A stretch of DNA of 64,000 nt from Acidobacteriota bacterium (GTDB taxonomy: Bacteria; Acidobacteriota; UBA890; WLXD01), in NCBI GenBank assembly GCA_963666055.2, contig CAXWPH010000015.1:480001-544000 (forward strand). The letters are read 5' to 3'. Shown here piece by piece: positions 31,921-42,839 of this stretch; within the stretch, counting starts at the first letter, position 1; each line of letters starts with the position of its first letter. Position numbers and translations under genes: made by a program. The notes under the pieces are model-generated. The model did not search any database and was not told the DNA's origin. It saw only the letters and a program-made list of their open reading frames with translations.

Positions 31921-34791
31921 TTACTCCTCCGGGAGGAGCGACACCTGCACGTAGTTGTCGAGATCGAAGTAGAGCGCCGCTGAGTCGCGAACGATCTCCG
32001 GCGTGATCTCCTGTAGGGTCTCCTCGTACTTGAGGATCTCGTGCGGGTCCTTGTCGTGTCGATAGGAGTTCACCAGCTGCCCGAGCCAGAATCCGTTCTC
32101 TTTGAGCGACAGCTCATACTGGCGACGGAAGCCCTCGAGCACGCTACGGAGCTCCTGTTCTTCGGGCGGGGTAGTGCGCAGGCGCTCGATCTGCTCGAAC
32201 AAGACGCCGGTGAGCTCCGTGGCGCGCTCCGGGTCCGATCCGAAGGTGATCGAGATCGAGTACCTCTCGGTTGGACGGCTGTCCGCCGAAGCCTCGACGC
32301 GTACCCCGTAGGTGGCGCCGAGCTCCTCGCGCATCACCTCGCGCAGGCGCGTCTGTAGCACCTCAGCCATGGCGCCGAGTGCGTTCTCCTCCGGGCTCTC
32401 GTATTCGAGCTCGCCGGAGAACACGACCGAGGTCAGGCTCTTGGGCTCGAGCCCGCGATGCACTTCCTTGCGAATCACGCCCTCGGGTGGGACCACACCT
32501 TCGTCTCGCCAGGTCTCGTCACGGTCGATATCCGGCAGGCTCGCCAGGTACGTGGCCACCAGCGGACGCAGCACCTCGATGTCGATGTTGCCGACAAACA
32601 CGAACGTGAAGTCGCTGGCGTCGGCAAACCGGTCCATATAGAAGTCGAAGGACTTGCCAAGGTCCATCTCGTTCAGCAATTCGACCGAGATCGGCCGGCG
32701 GCGCGGATGATCCCGACTGAGCGTACGTTGCAACGTCTCCCGAAAGGCGACCTCGGGGCTGACGTCGCGGTTGGCCAGCGAGGCACGCATCTGCTGCCGG
32801 ATCAGATCGAAGATGCCGTCGTCGGCGCGCGGCTCCGTAAAGGTCAAATAGGCGAGTTGTAGCAGCGACTCGATGTCGCGCGGCGACGCCGAGCCTCCCA
32901 CGCCCTCTTCGAGCGGGCCCACGAACGGCCGCACGTTGGCCACCTTGTCAGACATCATATTGGTAATTTGGCGCGCGCTCAGCCCGCCGAAGCCGCTGGC
33001 GGCTACAACCTGGACGGCGCTGGTGGCGGCCACCCAATCGTCATCGTCGGCGAGCGACGTTCCCCCGGGGCTGAAACCACGGAACAGGATCTGATCCTGC
33101 CGGAAGTCGGTGGGCTTGAGCACCACACGAGCACCGTTGGAAAGCTCCCAGACGGTCAGGTTGAGCTCCGGAATCGTCGACTCCTCGACGATCTCGCCCG
33201 GGTCGGGAATGTCGGCGAGCAACGGGCGGTCGGTGGTGGTATCGACGTAGCGTCGGATGCGACCGCGGTCGGCTCGATCGATCGCAGCAAGTAAATCCTC
33301 TTCTGTGGGCAGCTCGAGACCTTCCTTCTCAGGTGTCGTCACCAGCACCACGCGGTTGTTCTCGCGCATCCAGCGCTCGCCGACGGCGTTCACGTCCTCG
33401 AGTGTGATGCCGGGCATGAAGCGCTGGTACAACGCCCACTCGTAGTCGATTCCGGGCGTCGACTCGCCTTCCAGGAAGGCGCGCGTGAACTCCTCGGCAA
33501 ACTGCGTCGACTCCTGATCCTCGCGCTCGGTGTAGATGCGCTCGAACATGCGTAGCAGCTGCGTCTTGTCGCGATCCAACTCCGATTGCGCGAATCCATA
33601 GCGAGCGACGCGCTCGACCTCCCGGAACGCCGCCCCCAGCCCTTCGGCCACACCGCCATCGGGCGTGGCAGCGCTTATGACGAAAGCTTCGGCGGTGGGG
33701 ATGAAGATGTCCTGGCTGGCGCGTGCGCCCAGGTACGGGGGGTTGGGTTGCTGCGCCTGCTCGGTGAGCCGGCGATTGAACATGCGGCTGAACAGCCCTT
33801 CCACCATGCTGCGACGATAGGAGCCGTGGTAAGCCTGGCGCCGGAGCGGTTGCAGCTGGAAGAACTCGACGATCGAGTTCGTCGCCTCCTTGTCGGTGAC
33901 GATAGAAAACTTCGTCCCCTCGTGGTCGGGCAGCGTCGTGTAGGCGCGCTCGCGACCGGCCTCGACACGGGGAATGCCGCTGAAGTGCTGCTCGATCTTT
34001 GCCTTGACGGTCGCGGTATCGATGTCGCCGACGACGATCACTCCCATGAGGTCGGGGCGGTACCAATCGCGGTAGAAGCGCCGCGCGGTGTCGTACGGGA
34101 AGCTCTCGAGCACCTCGACCTTGCCAATCGGCAGGCGCTCGGTGTAGCGCGAGCCAGCAAACAGCACCGGCAGCTGGCGATCGCGGACTCGCGAGCCGGC
34201 CCCTAACCCCAGGCGCCATTCCTCGATTACGACACCCCGTTCCTTGTCGATCTCCTCCTCGTCGAAGGCCAGGCTGTGAGACCAGTCCTCGAGGATCTGG
34301 AACGCGGTATCGATGATGTCCTGACGATCGGTGGGGATCCGCAAGAAATAGATCGTCTCGTCGAACGAGGTCGAAGCGTTCACGTGGGCACCGAAACGCA
34401 TGCCGAACGACTCGAGGGCCTTCACCAGCTCCATCTTCGGGAAGTTCTTTGTGCCGTTGAAGGCCATGTGCTCGACGAAATGGGCCAAGCCGAGTTGGTC
34501 GTCGTCCTCTTGCATTGAGCCCGCGCGCACCACCAGTCGCAATTCGGCGCGCTTCTCGGGGTAGCTGTTTTCGCGGATCCAGTAGCGCAGTCCGTTCTCG
34601 AGCTCGCCGACGGTGATCAGCGGATCGAGAGGCATCGGCGCCTCGAGCGGCGCGGTGGCGCCGTCTTCAGGGTCGGCGATCACCGGCGGCGGCGTAAGCG
34701 GGATCGGGCCCTGCGCCAGCGCCGGAAGCGGAATCGACACGACCAGGAGGGCCGCGGCGGATAACCAGAGATTCGAGCGAGTCGATTTCAC
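31921..34791 (-). CDS. M16 family zinc protease (PqqL-like)
   Basis: GLAHFVEHMAFNGT, NASTSFDET, ERGVVIEEWR; start set at GTG 34791. Confidence 0.93.
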   Translation of the reverse strand: MKSTRSNLWLSAAALLVVSIPLPALAQGPIPLTPPPVIADPEDGATAPLEAPMPLDPLITVGELENGLRYWIRENSYPEKRAELRLVVRAGSMQEDDDQLGLAHFVEHMAFNGTKNFPKMELVKALESFGMRFGAHVNASTSFDETIYFLRIPTDRQDIIDTAFQILEDWSHSLAFDEEEIDKERGVVIEEWRLGLGAGSRVRDRQLPVLFAGSRYTERLPIGKVEVLESFPYDTARRFYRDWYRPDLMGVIVVGDIDTATVKAKIEQHFSGIPRVEAGRERAYTTLPDHEGTKFSIVTDKEATNSIVEFFQLQPLRRQAYHGSYRRSMVEGLFSRMFNRRLTEQAQQPNPPYLGARASQDIFIPTAEAFVISAATPDGGVAEGLGAAFREVERVARYGFAQSELDRDKTQLLRMFERIYTEREDQESTQFAEEFTRAFLEGESTPGIDYEWALYQRFMPGITLEDVNAVGERWMRENNRVVLVTTPEKEGLELPTEEDLLAAIDRADRGRIRRYVDTTTDRPLLADIPDPGEIVEESTIPELNLTVWELSNGARVVLKPTDFRQDQILFRGFSPGGTSLADDDDWVAATSAVQVVAASGFGGLSARQITNMMSDKVANVRPFVGPLEEGVGGSASPRDIESLLQLAYLTFTEPRADDGIFDLIRQQMRASLANRDVSPEVAFRETLQRTLSRDHPRRRPISVELLNEMDLGKSFDFYMDRFADASDFTFVFVGNIDIEVLRPLVATYLASLPDIDRDETWRDEGVVPPEGVIRKEVHRGLEPKSLTSVVFSGELEYESPEENALGAMAEVLQTRLREVMREELGATYGVRVEASADSRPTERYSISITFGSDPERATELTGVLFEQIERLRTTPPEEQELRSVLEGFRRQYELSLKENGFWLGQLVNSYRHDKDPHEILKYEETLQEITPEIVRDSAALYFDLDNYVQVSLLPEE

Positions 34792-34912
34792 GAGCGAGCT
34801 TCCTTGTCGTTTCGGGAGCACATGCAGATGTTCGTGGGGCGTACCTATATATGATCGACTACCGGACACGGGCGGTCTAGTGATTAGCAGGGTGTTGGCT
34901 CCGCAGCGATCG

Positions 34913-37342
34913 TCAGGCCGGCCTCTGACGCCGCATGCCCGCAAACGACAGCCAGGCGATCGCGTAGATCATCAACCCGGTGATGAGCGCCACGCGGAAC
35001 CCGTAGTTCACCGAAATCACCACGCTGCCGAGGCCGCCGATCACCGTGAACAGCCCGTTCATCCCCCATCCCCAGGCGACAGCAGCTCGCGAGAGGTCCT
35101 GAACGGCCAGCACGCCGAGCGGGAACGGCATCCCCATGAAGAATGCGAGTGGAAACACCAGAATGACCGCCGCCAGCAGGCGAGCGCCGAGCGGCAGCGC
35201 CAGCAACGCGCCGGTAACAGGGTCGTGGACGAGCAGGAACATCGATCCTGCGAACAGCACTCCGGCATACGGCCACCACCAATTCGCCGACGTCGGCGCG
35301 ATCCCCAACCGATCCGACGCCAGGCTGCCGAGCCCGGCTCCGAACAGCACCGTGAACAACACTACCGAGTAGGTATAGAGCGGGTAGCCGACGAAGTGCA
35401 TCAGCAACTGGATCAACACCAATTCCACCAGGATGAAGCCGGCGCCGAGGCTGGCGAAATAGACCAGCGAAGCACCCCAGCCGGGCCACCGTCGCCGCGC
35501 CACCGGCGACAGCGCCAGCGGCGTGACGACGAACACGCCGGCAAACACCAACGACACAAACCCGGTGACCCACAGGTGGATGATGTCGAGGGGCACGCCG
35601 CCGCCTTGCTCACGGGCAACGTTGAGGAACCAGGCCACGGCAACGGGTACGAAACGCTCGGGGTCCGGCTCCAGCTCCTCCCATCCGCGGCGCAGAAACT
35701 TGAAATAAGGCCTGTTGTCGGTGGTCGGCGTTACCCGATATGGCACCCGCTCGATGATCTCGTCGGGCAGCTCGCCGCTGAAAAACTCCGCCGACAGGAA
35801 GCCGGTGCGCGGCCGCAGCGGGTTCTCTTCGAGCTTGAAGACCTTTACCTCCACGCCCTCGCGCATGCCGAGGAACCGACGCGCCTCCACCAGGTCGTGG
35901 CGCGTGAAGGGGCTCATCTTGATGAGCACCATCGGCAACGTATCGTCGTCCTGCATGGTGCGCGACGTCACCAGCACGTGGCTCCTGAAGTCGTCGCGTC
36001 CCATCCACTTCCACGCCAGCGCAGCGGTGGAGATAATGCGCGGATAGGTATGGTGGTTGATCTGCAAGACGCCGTCTTCGGATAGGTGCTCGAAGTAGTC
36101 GGCGAACGCGTCGGCGGTGAGCAAATAGGTCGGGTCGAGCGCGCCGGCCCCGGCGGCAACCGAAGACGACGAATGGTTGCTGAAGATCTGGATGATGTCG
36201 TAGACACGGCGGCGCGAACGGATGAAGCCGCGCCCCTCGCCGCGCACGCTGTTGACGCGCGGATCATTGAAGATTCCACCGTTGAAGCCGGCATAGTCCT
36301 TCTTGCCCAGCTCGACCACCGCACCAACCATCTCGATGGCATCGACGTGCCCCGCCCCGTACGCCAGTGCGCCCTTGACCTCTTGCCCGGCGGCGCTGCC
36401 GATCACCAGAACCTGCTGATCGGTATCGCGCTTCATGTAGTGCGCCAGCAGCACCGACCGGGTCCAGAAGTGGGTCTTGAAGAAACCCTCGGCGTTCGCC
36501 TGAACGCCGCGATCGAGGCGTCGCCGGAAGAGCTCCCAGTTGCCGTCGAACGGGTACAGGAAGCTACTCTGGCTGCCGCCGTCGTAGATGATGTTCTTCA
36601 CGCCGCGGAAGTGAATCACCTCGACCTTCGACACCGGGTCCCAGCGTACGTACTCGTTGTTGCCCAGGGCGCGCGCGTCGGCCAGCCCACGGTCGACCTT
36701 GTGCTCCTGGAACGACAGGTAGTCAGGCGACAGTAGCGGAATAGCCAGCGTCACCACCGCATACACAGCGGCGACGACGAGCGCTCGACCCGTCCCAGCA
36801 AACACCGCGGCGGCCAGCGCCAGAACTCCGGAAACCAACAGGAGCAGCCCGGCCGGCCCGAGGATCGGAATCAGCGGGATGATCGCCACGCAGCCGACAG
36901 CAGCACCCGCCAGATCCCAGAAATACAGTCGCTGAATCGCTTCGGCCCAAGCAGAGAAGGCACGCGCGAGCACCAGGCCGCAGAACACGAACGGAATAGT
37001 GATGACGGCGTACATCGCCAGGAACCAGATACCCTGTCCCAGCGGATCCGAGGCGATGGCCTCGAAGCGAAACGGGATGATGTTGAGCAACGGGCGGATC
37101 AGCAGCAACGAGGCGGCCATCAGCGCCGTCAGGCGAGCCAGCTGAGCGGATGGATCAGCGCCCGACGGCAGTGGTCGCAGCGTCGTGTAGATCCCCGCCA
37201 GACCGAACGCAAACACCGCGCCGGTAATGATCATGTACGCCAGGTTCGGGTACAGGATCACATCGAAGATGCGCGTCAGCAGCAACTCGAGCGCGAGTGT
37301 CGAGCCAGCGACCAGACAGATGGCAAGCGGAATTCTGCGCAC
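34913..37342 (-). CDS. Membrane protein with spermidine-synthase-like SAM-binding domain
   Basis: TM blocks at both ends, YFWDLAGAA, VLVIGSAAGQEV, GMPFPLG, WGMNG. Confidence 0.85.
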   Translation of the reverse strand: MRRIPLAICLVAGSTLALELLLTRIFDVILYPNLAYMIITGAVFAFGLAGIYTTLRPLPSGADPSAQLARLTALMAASLLLIRPLLNIIPFRFEAIASDPLGQGIWFLAMYAVITIPFVFCGLVLARAFSAWAEAIQRLYFWDLAGAAVGCVAIIPLIPILGPAGLLLLVSGVLALAAAVFAGTGRALVVAAVYAVVTLAIPLLSPDYLSFQEHKVDRGLADARALGNNEYVRWDPVSKVEVIHFRGVKNIIYDGGSQSSFLYPFDGNWELFRRRLDRGVQANAEGFFKTHFWTRSVLLAHYMKRDTDQQVLVIGSAAGQEVKGALAYGAGHVDAIEMVGAVVELGKKDYAGFNGGIFNDPRVNSVRGEGRGFIRSRRRVYDIIQIFSNHSSSSVAAGAGALDPTYLLTADAFADYFEHLSEDGVLQINHHTYPRIISTAALAWKWMGRDDFRSHVLVTSRTMQDDDTLPMVLIKMSPFTRHDLVEARRFLGMREGVEVKVFKLEENPLRPRTGFLSAEFFSGELPDEIIERVPYRVTPTTDNRPYFKFLRRGWEELEPDPERFVPVAVAWFLNVAREQGGGVPLDIIHLWVTGFVSLVFAGVFVVTPLALSPVARRRWPGWGASLVYFASLGAGFILVELVLIQLLMHFVGYPLYTYSVVLFTVLFGAGLGSLASDRLGIAPTSANWWWPYAGVLFAGSMFLLVHDPVTGALLALPLGARLLAAVILVFPLAFFMGMPFPLGVLAVQDLSRAAVAWGWGMNGLFTVIGGLGSVVISVNYGFRVALITGLMIYAIAWLSFAGMRRQRPA

Positions 37343-37437
37343 GTATCCCGAGGACTAGCAGGCTGTGGTGGGAGGGTGCTCGGAATTATCGCACCGGCAC
37401 TTTCGAGGTGCTAGCGACGGCACCGTGCCACTCCGAC

Positions 37438-39615
37438 TCAACGGCGCACCGGCGCATGGCGTTCGATCGACTCCAAGATCACCGCGAACCGTGGGTCGTC
37501 ACGAATCGGGGTCAGATCACCATCGTGCTCAATCCAGGCCCGATGCCCATACCCCAAGTCGACCGCTTGCTGCAAATGCGCCAGTGCGGCATCGAGCTGG
37601 CCGGCCTGCGCCAGCAGGCAGGCAACTGTGTAGTAGGTCGTAGCGTCTCCCACCCCCAGCTCCAACGCCCGGTCGGCCCACTCGAGCGCCGCCTGACGCT
37701 CGCCGAGCTGGAACAGACAACGAGCCCCGATCGAGTACGCCCGGCTGTCGCCCGGCTGCAGCGCCAGGTGCCGTTCTACGCGTCGCACGGCGCGGCGCGC
37801 GCTAGCGACCTCTCGGGTCGGGTCCTGAAGATCGCGATACACCTGGCTGAGCAGCGCAGGAGCTTGATAGTCTTCCGAGCGCACGATGCTGGCCACCTCG
37901 AATTCACGCGCTGCGAGCTCCATCTGACCTTGAGCGAAGGCGCTCCGGCCGCGCGAATATCGCGCCTCAAAGGAATCCGGGGCGAGCTCGATCGCCGCAG
38001 CGAACGCTCGATCGGCCTCCTCGTGCCGGTTCGACAGAGAAAGCGCCAGGCCGAGCGCGGCGTGTCCCTCGGCCAGCTTCGGCCCGGTCTGCACGGCGTG
38101 CTCCGCCGCCGAGATCGCCTCGTCCAGAGCGCTGGGGCCACCGCCCGCGTGCATGTAGAGATACGAAGCGGCATCGGCAAGCCCGCTGTGGGCCAGAGCA
38201 TAATCCGGGTCGTGGGTAACGGCATGGGAGAACATGTCGCGCGCCAGCGCGATCTCGCGCGTGGTGTCGCGGTACAGCAGGCTACGTCCCCGCAGGTAGT
38301 AATCGTAGGCTTCGAAATCCGTCGGCTGGCTGGGCCGCGGAGGCGCTCCCAAGACCCCCTGCAGTGCCTCGATAACGCTGGTCGTGATCTCGTCCTCCAA
38401 GGCGAAGACATCCTCGACGTCGCCTTCGAACCGCTGCGACCAGAGATCTGTGTCATCAGCCACGTCGATCAGACGCGTGGCAATTCGTAGCCGGTCCTTC
38501 GCCCGGCGCACCGAGCCCTCGAGCACGGTCTCCACGCCTAGACGGCGGCCGATATCGGCAACGTCTCGATTGTCGCCGCGATAGCGGAACGTGGAGGTGC
38601 GCGACGCCACGCGCAAGTCGGCCACTTCGGACAGACCGTCGAGAATCCCCTCGGCGATACCCTCGGAGAAATGTCTCTGGTCGCCGCCAGGGCTCATATC
38701 GACGAAAGGCAGCACGGCCACCGACCGGCCGGAGCGCTCGCCGCGCCGCAAGCTCGCCAGCGTAGCGGCAATCTCGGCGACTTGTTGGGGCCGAGCGGTC
38801 GGGTCTTTGTCGAGACAGCGCGCTACGAGGTCGGAAAGCACTCCCGGCACCAGCGGTTTGCGCGCCGAAACCGTCTGCGGCCGCTGCGCCGTGATCGAGG
38901 CCGCAAGCTGGCGCAGTGTCGCACCCTGAAACGGCCTCGAGCCGGTGAGCATCTCGTAAAACACCACGCCGAGGGAGAATATGTCGGAGCGATGGTCAAC
39001 CGTCTCGCCACGTACCTGCTCCGGCGACATATAGGCGGGGGTGCCGGCGACCGCTCCGTCGTTAGTGGTGAGCTCGGCGAGCGCCGTCGTATCGACGGTC
39101 GACTCGACGCTCCGGTCGTCCCACACAAGCGGCGTCGCGCCGTGATGCACAGCCAACCCGAGGTCCAGCAGCTTCACGCGTCCGGCGCGGCTGACCATCA
39201 CGTGTGCCGACTTCAGGTCACGATGCACGAGCCCGGCCGCGTGCGCCGCAGCAAGGCCGTCGGCAAGCGGGATGGCGATCTGCAGGAACTCCTGCACGGG
39301 CATGCCACGATCGGAGATCAAGTGATCGAGGCTGTCGCCCTCGACCAACTCCATGGCGAGGAAGTGCACCTCGCCCACCTGCTCGACCGCGTAGATGGTG
39401 ACGATGTTGGGGTGGTTGATCGCCGCCAGCGCGCGGGCCTCGCGCCCGACCCGATCAACGTCCTCAGCCGAGCCGGCGATGCGCTCCGCCAGGAACTTCA
39501 GCGCCACCGACCGCTCCAACCGCGTGTCGAGCGCGCGGTAGACTTCGCCCATGCGGCCTTCGCCGAGCTTGCGCTCTATGCGATAGGCGCCGATATGCTC
39601 CCCGATCTCCGGCAT
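37438..39615 (-). CDS. Ser/Thr protein kinase with TolB-N-like and TPR domains (intact; different subfamily from the island fragments)
   Basis: HRDLK, GTPAYMSPEQ, SVAVLPF, TPR helices. Confidence 0.92.
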   Translation of the reverse strand: MPEIGEHIGAYRIERKLGEGRMGEVYRALDTRLERSVALKFLAERIAGSAEDVDRVGREARALAAINHPNIVTIYAVEQVGEVHFLAMELVEGDSLDHLISDRGMPVQEFLQIAIPLADGLAAAHAAGLVHRDLKSAHVMVSRAGRVKLLDLGLAVHHGATPLVWDDRSVESTVDTTALAELTTNDGAVAGTPAYMSPEQVRGETVDHRSDIFSLGVVFYEMLTGSRPFQGATLRQLAASITAQRPQTVSARKPLVPGVLSDLVARCLDKDPTARPQQVAEIAATLASLRRGERSGRSVAVLPFVDMSPGGDQRHFSEGIAEGILDGLSEVADLRVASRTSTFRYRGDNRDVADIGRRLGVETVLEGSVRRAKDRLRIATRLIDVADDTDLWSQRFEGDVEDVFALEDEITTSVIEALQGVLGAPPRPSQPTDFEAYDYYLRGRSLLYRDTTREIALARDMFSHAVTHDPDYALAHSGLADAASYLYMHAGGGPSALDEAISAAEHAVQTGPKLAEGHAALGLALSLSNRHEEADRAFAAAIELAPDSFEARYSRGRSAFAQGQMELAAREFEVASIVRSEDYQAPALLSQVYRDLQDPTREVASARRAVRRVERHLALQPGDSRAYSIGARCLFQLGERQAALEWADRALELGVGDATTYYTVACLLAQAGQLDAALAHLQQAVDLGYGHRAWIEHDGDLTPIRDDPRFAVILESIERHAPVRR

Positions 39616-39804
39616 GTGCTCCCCCAAGCACGATGGTCACGACTTCGGAACATCGTTCCATCACATAGATGATATGCAAACGCGAGCACCACGCTTACGC
39701 GGCCCTCGCGTGGGCAGCGAGCATTGAAGCTACATCGGAGGCACCGTCGCGAGACCAGCTTGATGATGCTACCGAGCGGCAGATATCTGAAATAATCCCA
39801 CCCC

Positions 39805-41013
39805 ATGATTGAGCAGCTCTCCGCCGTCCATCCGCTGCTGCCGCCCGTTGTCGGCAGCATGGCCTTGCTGCTCGTGGCCATTCTTGCCGACCTCGTCGCC
39901 AAGCGCCTGTTGCTGGTGCTGGTACGCGCTGTCGTCAGGCGCACGCGGCTCACATGGGACGACGCGTTACTCGACCACAACGTGTTCGGGCGCTTGGCGC
40001 AGATCGTGCCCGCGATCGTCATCTACTCCGGCATTGGTCTCGTGCCGGATATCGTCGAGCCCGCCGAAAGGGTCATCCGCAACGTCGCGAGTGCCTACAT
40101 GGTCGTCATGATCATGCTGACGCTGACCGCGACGATGTTGGCGGCCAACCAGATCTACGCGACCTTCCCGCTGGCGCGCCACCGACCGATCAAGGGCTTC
40201 GTCCAGCTCGCGCAGATCGCTGTATACATACTCGGCGCGATCGTGGTGATCGGAATGCTGATCGACCGCTCGCCGGTGATCCTGCTGAGCGGCCTCGGCG
40301 CTATGACGGCGGTGCTGTTGCTTATCTTCAAAGACACGCTGCTGTCGGTGGTAGCCAGCATTCAGCTCACCGGCCAAAACATGGTCCGCGTCGGCGACTG
40401 GATCGAGGTGCCGCAGTTCGGCGCCGATGGCGACGTGGTCGACGTCGCGCTCTACACCGTAACGGTGCAGAACTGGGACAAGACGATCACGACGATCCCG
40501 ACCCACCGGATGATCTCCGATTCGTTCAAGAACTGGCGTAGCATGACTGATTCCGGCGGGCGGCGGATCAAGCGGTCGATCAACGTCGATGTCAACTCGA
40601 TCCGCGTTCTGACGGATCCTGAAGTGGAGCGCTTCAAGGGCTTTGCGTTGCTGAAGAACTACATCGAGGCCAAGGAGGCCGACCTGAAGGCCTACAACGA
40701 AACCCTCGATGAGCCGGGTGAAGCAGGCGTCAACCTACGGCGGCTAACGAATATCGGCACCTTCCGCGCTTACATCCGTAATTACCTGGAACATCATCCG
40801 AAGATTCATCACAGCATGATCGTGCGCCAATTGCAGCCTGGCGCCGAAGGTGTGCCGATCGAGGTCTACGCGTTCACCAACGACACGAACTGGGTGGCCT
40901 ATGAAGGCATCCAGGCCGACATCTTCGATCACATTTACACGATCGCGCCCGAGTTCGGCCTGCGCCTCTATCAGAAACCCGCCGGCGCGGATCTGGCTGG
41001 GCTGCGGGCCTAG
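39805..41013 (+). CDS. Mechanosensitive channel MscS family (YbdG-like)
   Basis: GDWIEVP, VQNWDKTITTIPT, GGRRIKR, IQADIFDH. Confidence 0.93.
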   Translation: MIEQLSAVHPLLPPVVGSMALLLVAILADLVAKRLLLVLVRAVVRRTRLTWDDALLDHNVFGRLAQIVPAIVIYSGIGLVPDIVEPAERVIRNVASAYMVVMIMLTLTATMLAANQIYATFPLARHRPIKGFVQLAQIAVYILGAIVVIGMLIDRSPVILLSGLGAMTAVLLLIFKDTLLSVVASIQLTGQNMVRVGDWIEVPQFGADGDVVDVALYTVTVQNWDKTITTIPTHRMISDSFKNWRSMTDSGGRRIKRSINVDVNSIRVLTDPEVERFKGFALLKNYIEAKEADLKAYNETLDEPGEAGVNLRRLTNIGTFRAYIRNYLEHHPKIHHSMIVRQLQPGAEGVPIEVYAFTNDTNWVAYEGIQADIFDHIYTIAPEFGLRLYQKPAGADLAGLRA

Positions 41014-41263
41014 CCTTATGAGGTCCTAACGCCGAAGACGCCCAGCAACCAGGCCTGGTGCCTTCACTCCTCCGATGCCATCTGCTCAAGCAAGGGATCG
41101 TCAGGGTGCGCTATGCTCGTGCCCTGGCAGAGGGCCGTTTCGGAGCACTGAGACATTGTTTTCTTGGTGCTCGGATGGACACCGTTAAGGTCACCAAGGT
41201 GTTTTTCGAGCGACCCTGAGGCGGCCTCGAAATCAACGCAAGCCCTTGATTTCAAGGACGGTA

Positions 41264-41347
41264 GCCGAGGTGGCGGAATTGGCAGACGCGCCGGACTCAA
41301 AATCCGGTGGGCTTACGCTCGTGAGGGTTCGAGTCCCTCCCTCGGTA
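41264..41347 (+). tRNA. tRNA-Leu(CAA), island attachment site
   Basis: gccgaggtggcggaattggcagacgcgccggactCAAaatccgg...ggttcgagtccctccctcggta. Confidence 0.96.
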
Positions 41348-41381
41348 CTACTGAAAATAAAGGACTTAAACGACTCAAGGT

Positions 41382-42515
41382 TCAGCCCTTCGTGCCATCC
41401 GACGACGCCTTGGCACGGTTCTTGGCACGGTTTGGGTCGAAAGCGGCCACCTTCTCACGCACAGCAAGCGCCATCGCCGCGTGCTTCTCAGTGAGGTGCG
41501 TATAGCGGTCCGTCATCACACGGGTCTTGTGACGTAGCAGTGCTTGCACCAGCGCTCTTGGTGCTCCCCTGCCGATCAGGTCTGTCGCACCACCGTGCCG
41601 GAAGTCGTGCAGCCTGAGCTTGGCCGAGACGCCAGCATCATCCTTGATGCGCTTCCACGCCGCGTACATCGTCGACTCGTGCATCGGTTGTTCGCCGGTA
41701 TGGTTCGGAAACAACCACTCTGAGTCATGCGACTCCAGATGCTCCCGAAGCCTCTTTCGCAGCTGGAGACTCGCAGGCACAACCTGGTCATCACCCCCCT
41801 TCGTCGTAGGCAGGTAGATGAGTCCGCGCCGGACGCCCTCGCCGTCTTTCCAGTTCCAGTCGATGTGCTCGCGTCGAATCGTCCGAGCCTCCGACTTGGA
41901 CCGCAGCATCGCCTCCCAAAGCAGAAGCAAGAACGGCCCCATGTTCGGGTTCTTATCCGCCTCGCCGTGCTCGATCAGCGTTTCGGCTTCCTCCTGGTTG
42001 ACCGCGTACCACGCATCCGTGTTCTCGGGATAACGGGCCACGCCGGCACAAGGGTTTGCCTCGATGTGCCCTCGCGCATGTCTGAAAAGCCCGGAGAACG
42101 TCGCCAGTTGTCGATTGGACGTCGGGCCGGAGGTCTCCCTGAAAACCTCGCGCTTGAACCGCTGCACGTCTAGGAACTTCACGCGGTCGATGCGCCAGTC
42201 ACCGAATGCGGGCAGAATCCGTTTCCTCAGATTTCGGCGATGTGCGTTCAGCGTGCGCGGTGCCATCGTGCCGACGTCAACCAGGCGACTGCACTCGATG
42301 AGATAGTCGCGGGCGATGTCAGACACAGTGGGCACACGGTTCGGACCATAGTAATCACTGAAGGTGTCGCTCGCGATGGCGCGGCGCATCGCCGCCTCGT
42401 CCTCCTGTGCCTTCCACTTCGCGTCGCGCCAAGTTCCGTACGTGATGTGGCCCTGATGCTGGACGCGACTGCGATAGCGCATACCGCTCTTCGCCCGCCG
42501 CTTCAGGATGCCCAT
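41382..42515 (-). CDS. Tyrosine recombinase/phage integrase
   Basis: Catalytic R (MLRSKSE), K (TKGG), HDFRH, LLRH, RYTH; converges on the tRNA-Leu 3' end; ttggcacggtt direct repeat at ~41410-41432. Confidence 0.93.
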   Translation of the reverse strand: MGILKRRAKSGMRYRSRVQHQGHITYGTWRDAKWKAQEDEAAMRRAIASDTFSDYYGPNRVPTVSDIARDYLIECSRLVDVGTMAPRTLNAHRRNLRKRILPAFGDWRIDRVKFLDVQRFKREVFRETSGPTSNRQLATFSGLFRHARGHIEANPCAGVARYPENTDAWYAVNQEEAETLIEHGEADKNPNMGPFLLLLWEAMLRSKSEARTIRREHIDWNWKDGEGVRRGLIYLPTTKGGDDQVVPASLQLRKRLREHLESHDSEWLFPNHTGEQPMHESTMYAAWKRIKDDAGVSAKLRLHDFRHGGATDLIGRGAPRALVQALLRHKTRVMTDRYTHLTEKHAAMALAVREKVAAFDPNRAKNRAKASSDGTKG

Positions 42516-42736
42516 CGCCCCTCCCCTTTCCTCGGTCGGCGATCCCCACTCTCGAACCAGTCGCTAACCTCCGACAAGCGGTAACGTACGGTGCCGTTTC
42601 GCTTGTAGCACGGAATCCTACCGCGGCTCGCCCACACTTGGATCGTGCGAGGCGAGAGGCTCAGGAATTCCGCGACAGCCTCCGGGCCAACGAAGGGTTC
42701 CGGCGGGGAACTCGGAAGCCGGACGATTTCGCTCAT
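42503..42736 (-). CDS. Excisionase-like HTH protein
   Basis: EAVAEFLSLSPRTIQVWASRGRIPCYK..VRY; overlaps the integrase start. Confidence 0.85.
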   Translation of the reverse strand: MSEIVRLPSSPPEPFVGPEAVAEFLSLSPRTIQVWASRGRIPCYKRNGTVRYRLSEVSDWFESGDRRPRKGEGRWAS

Positions 42737-42839
42737 CGCATCGTGTCGGGGTGCAGGCTACCTGGAACATTCTCGGCCTGTGGGATGGTTGACCAACGTT
42801 GGTTGAGTTCGCTCATCCCCTAGAGACCATGGGCTGACC

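Noticed and set aside
34613-38490. Long plus-strand ORFs (490 aa, 397 aa) and similar shadow ORFs elsewhere
   Set aside because: Antisense to well-supported genes, and expected in high-GC DNA.
37438-39615. Intact kinase as the source of the island fragments
   Set aside because: Different architecture (TPR tail, no NWFxELK end) and low DNA similarity to the fragments.
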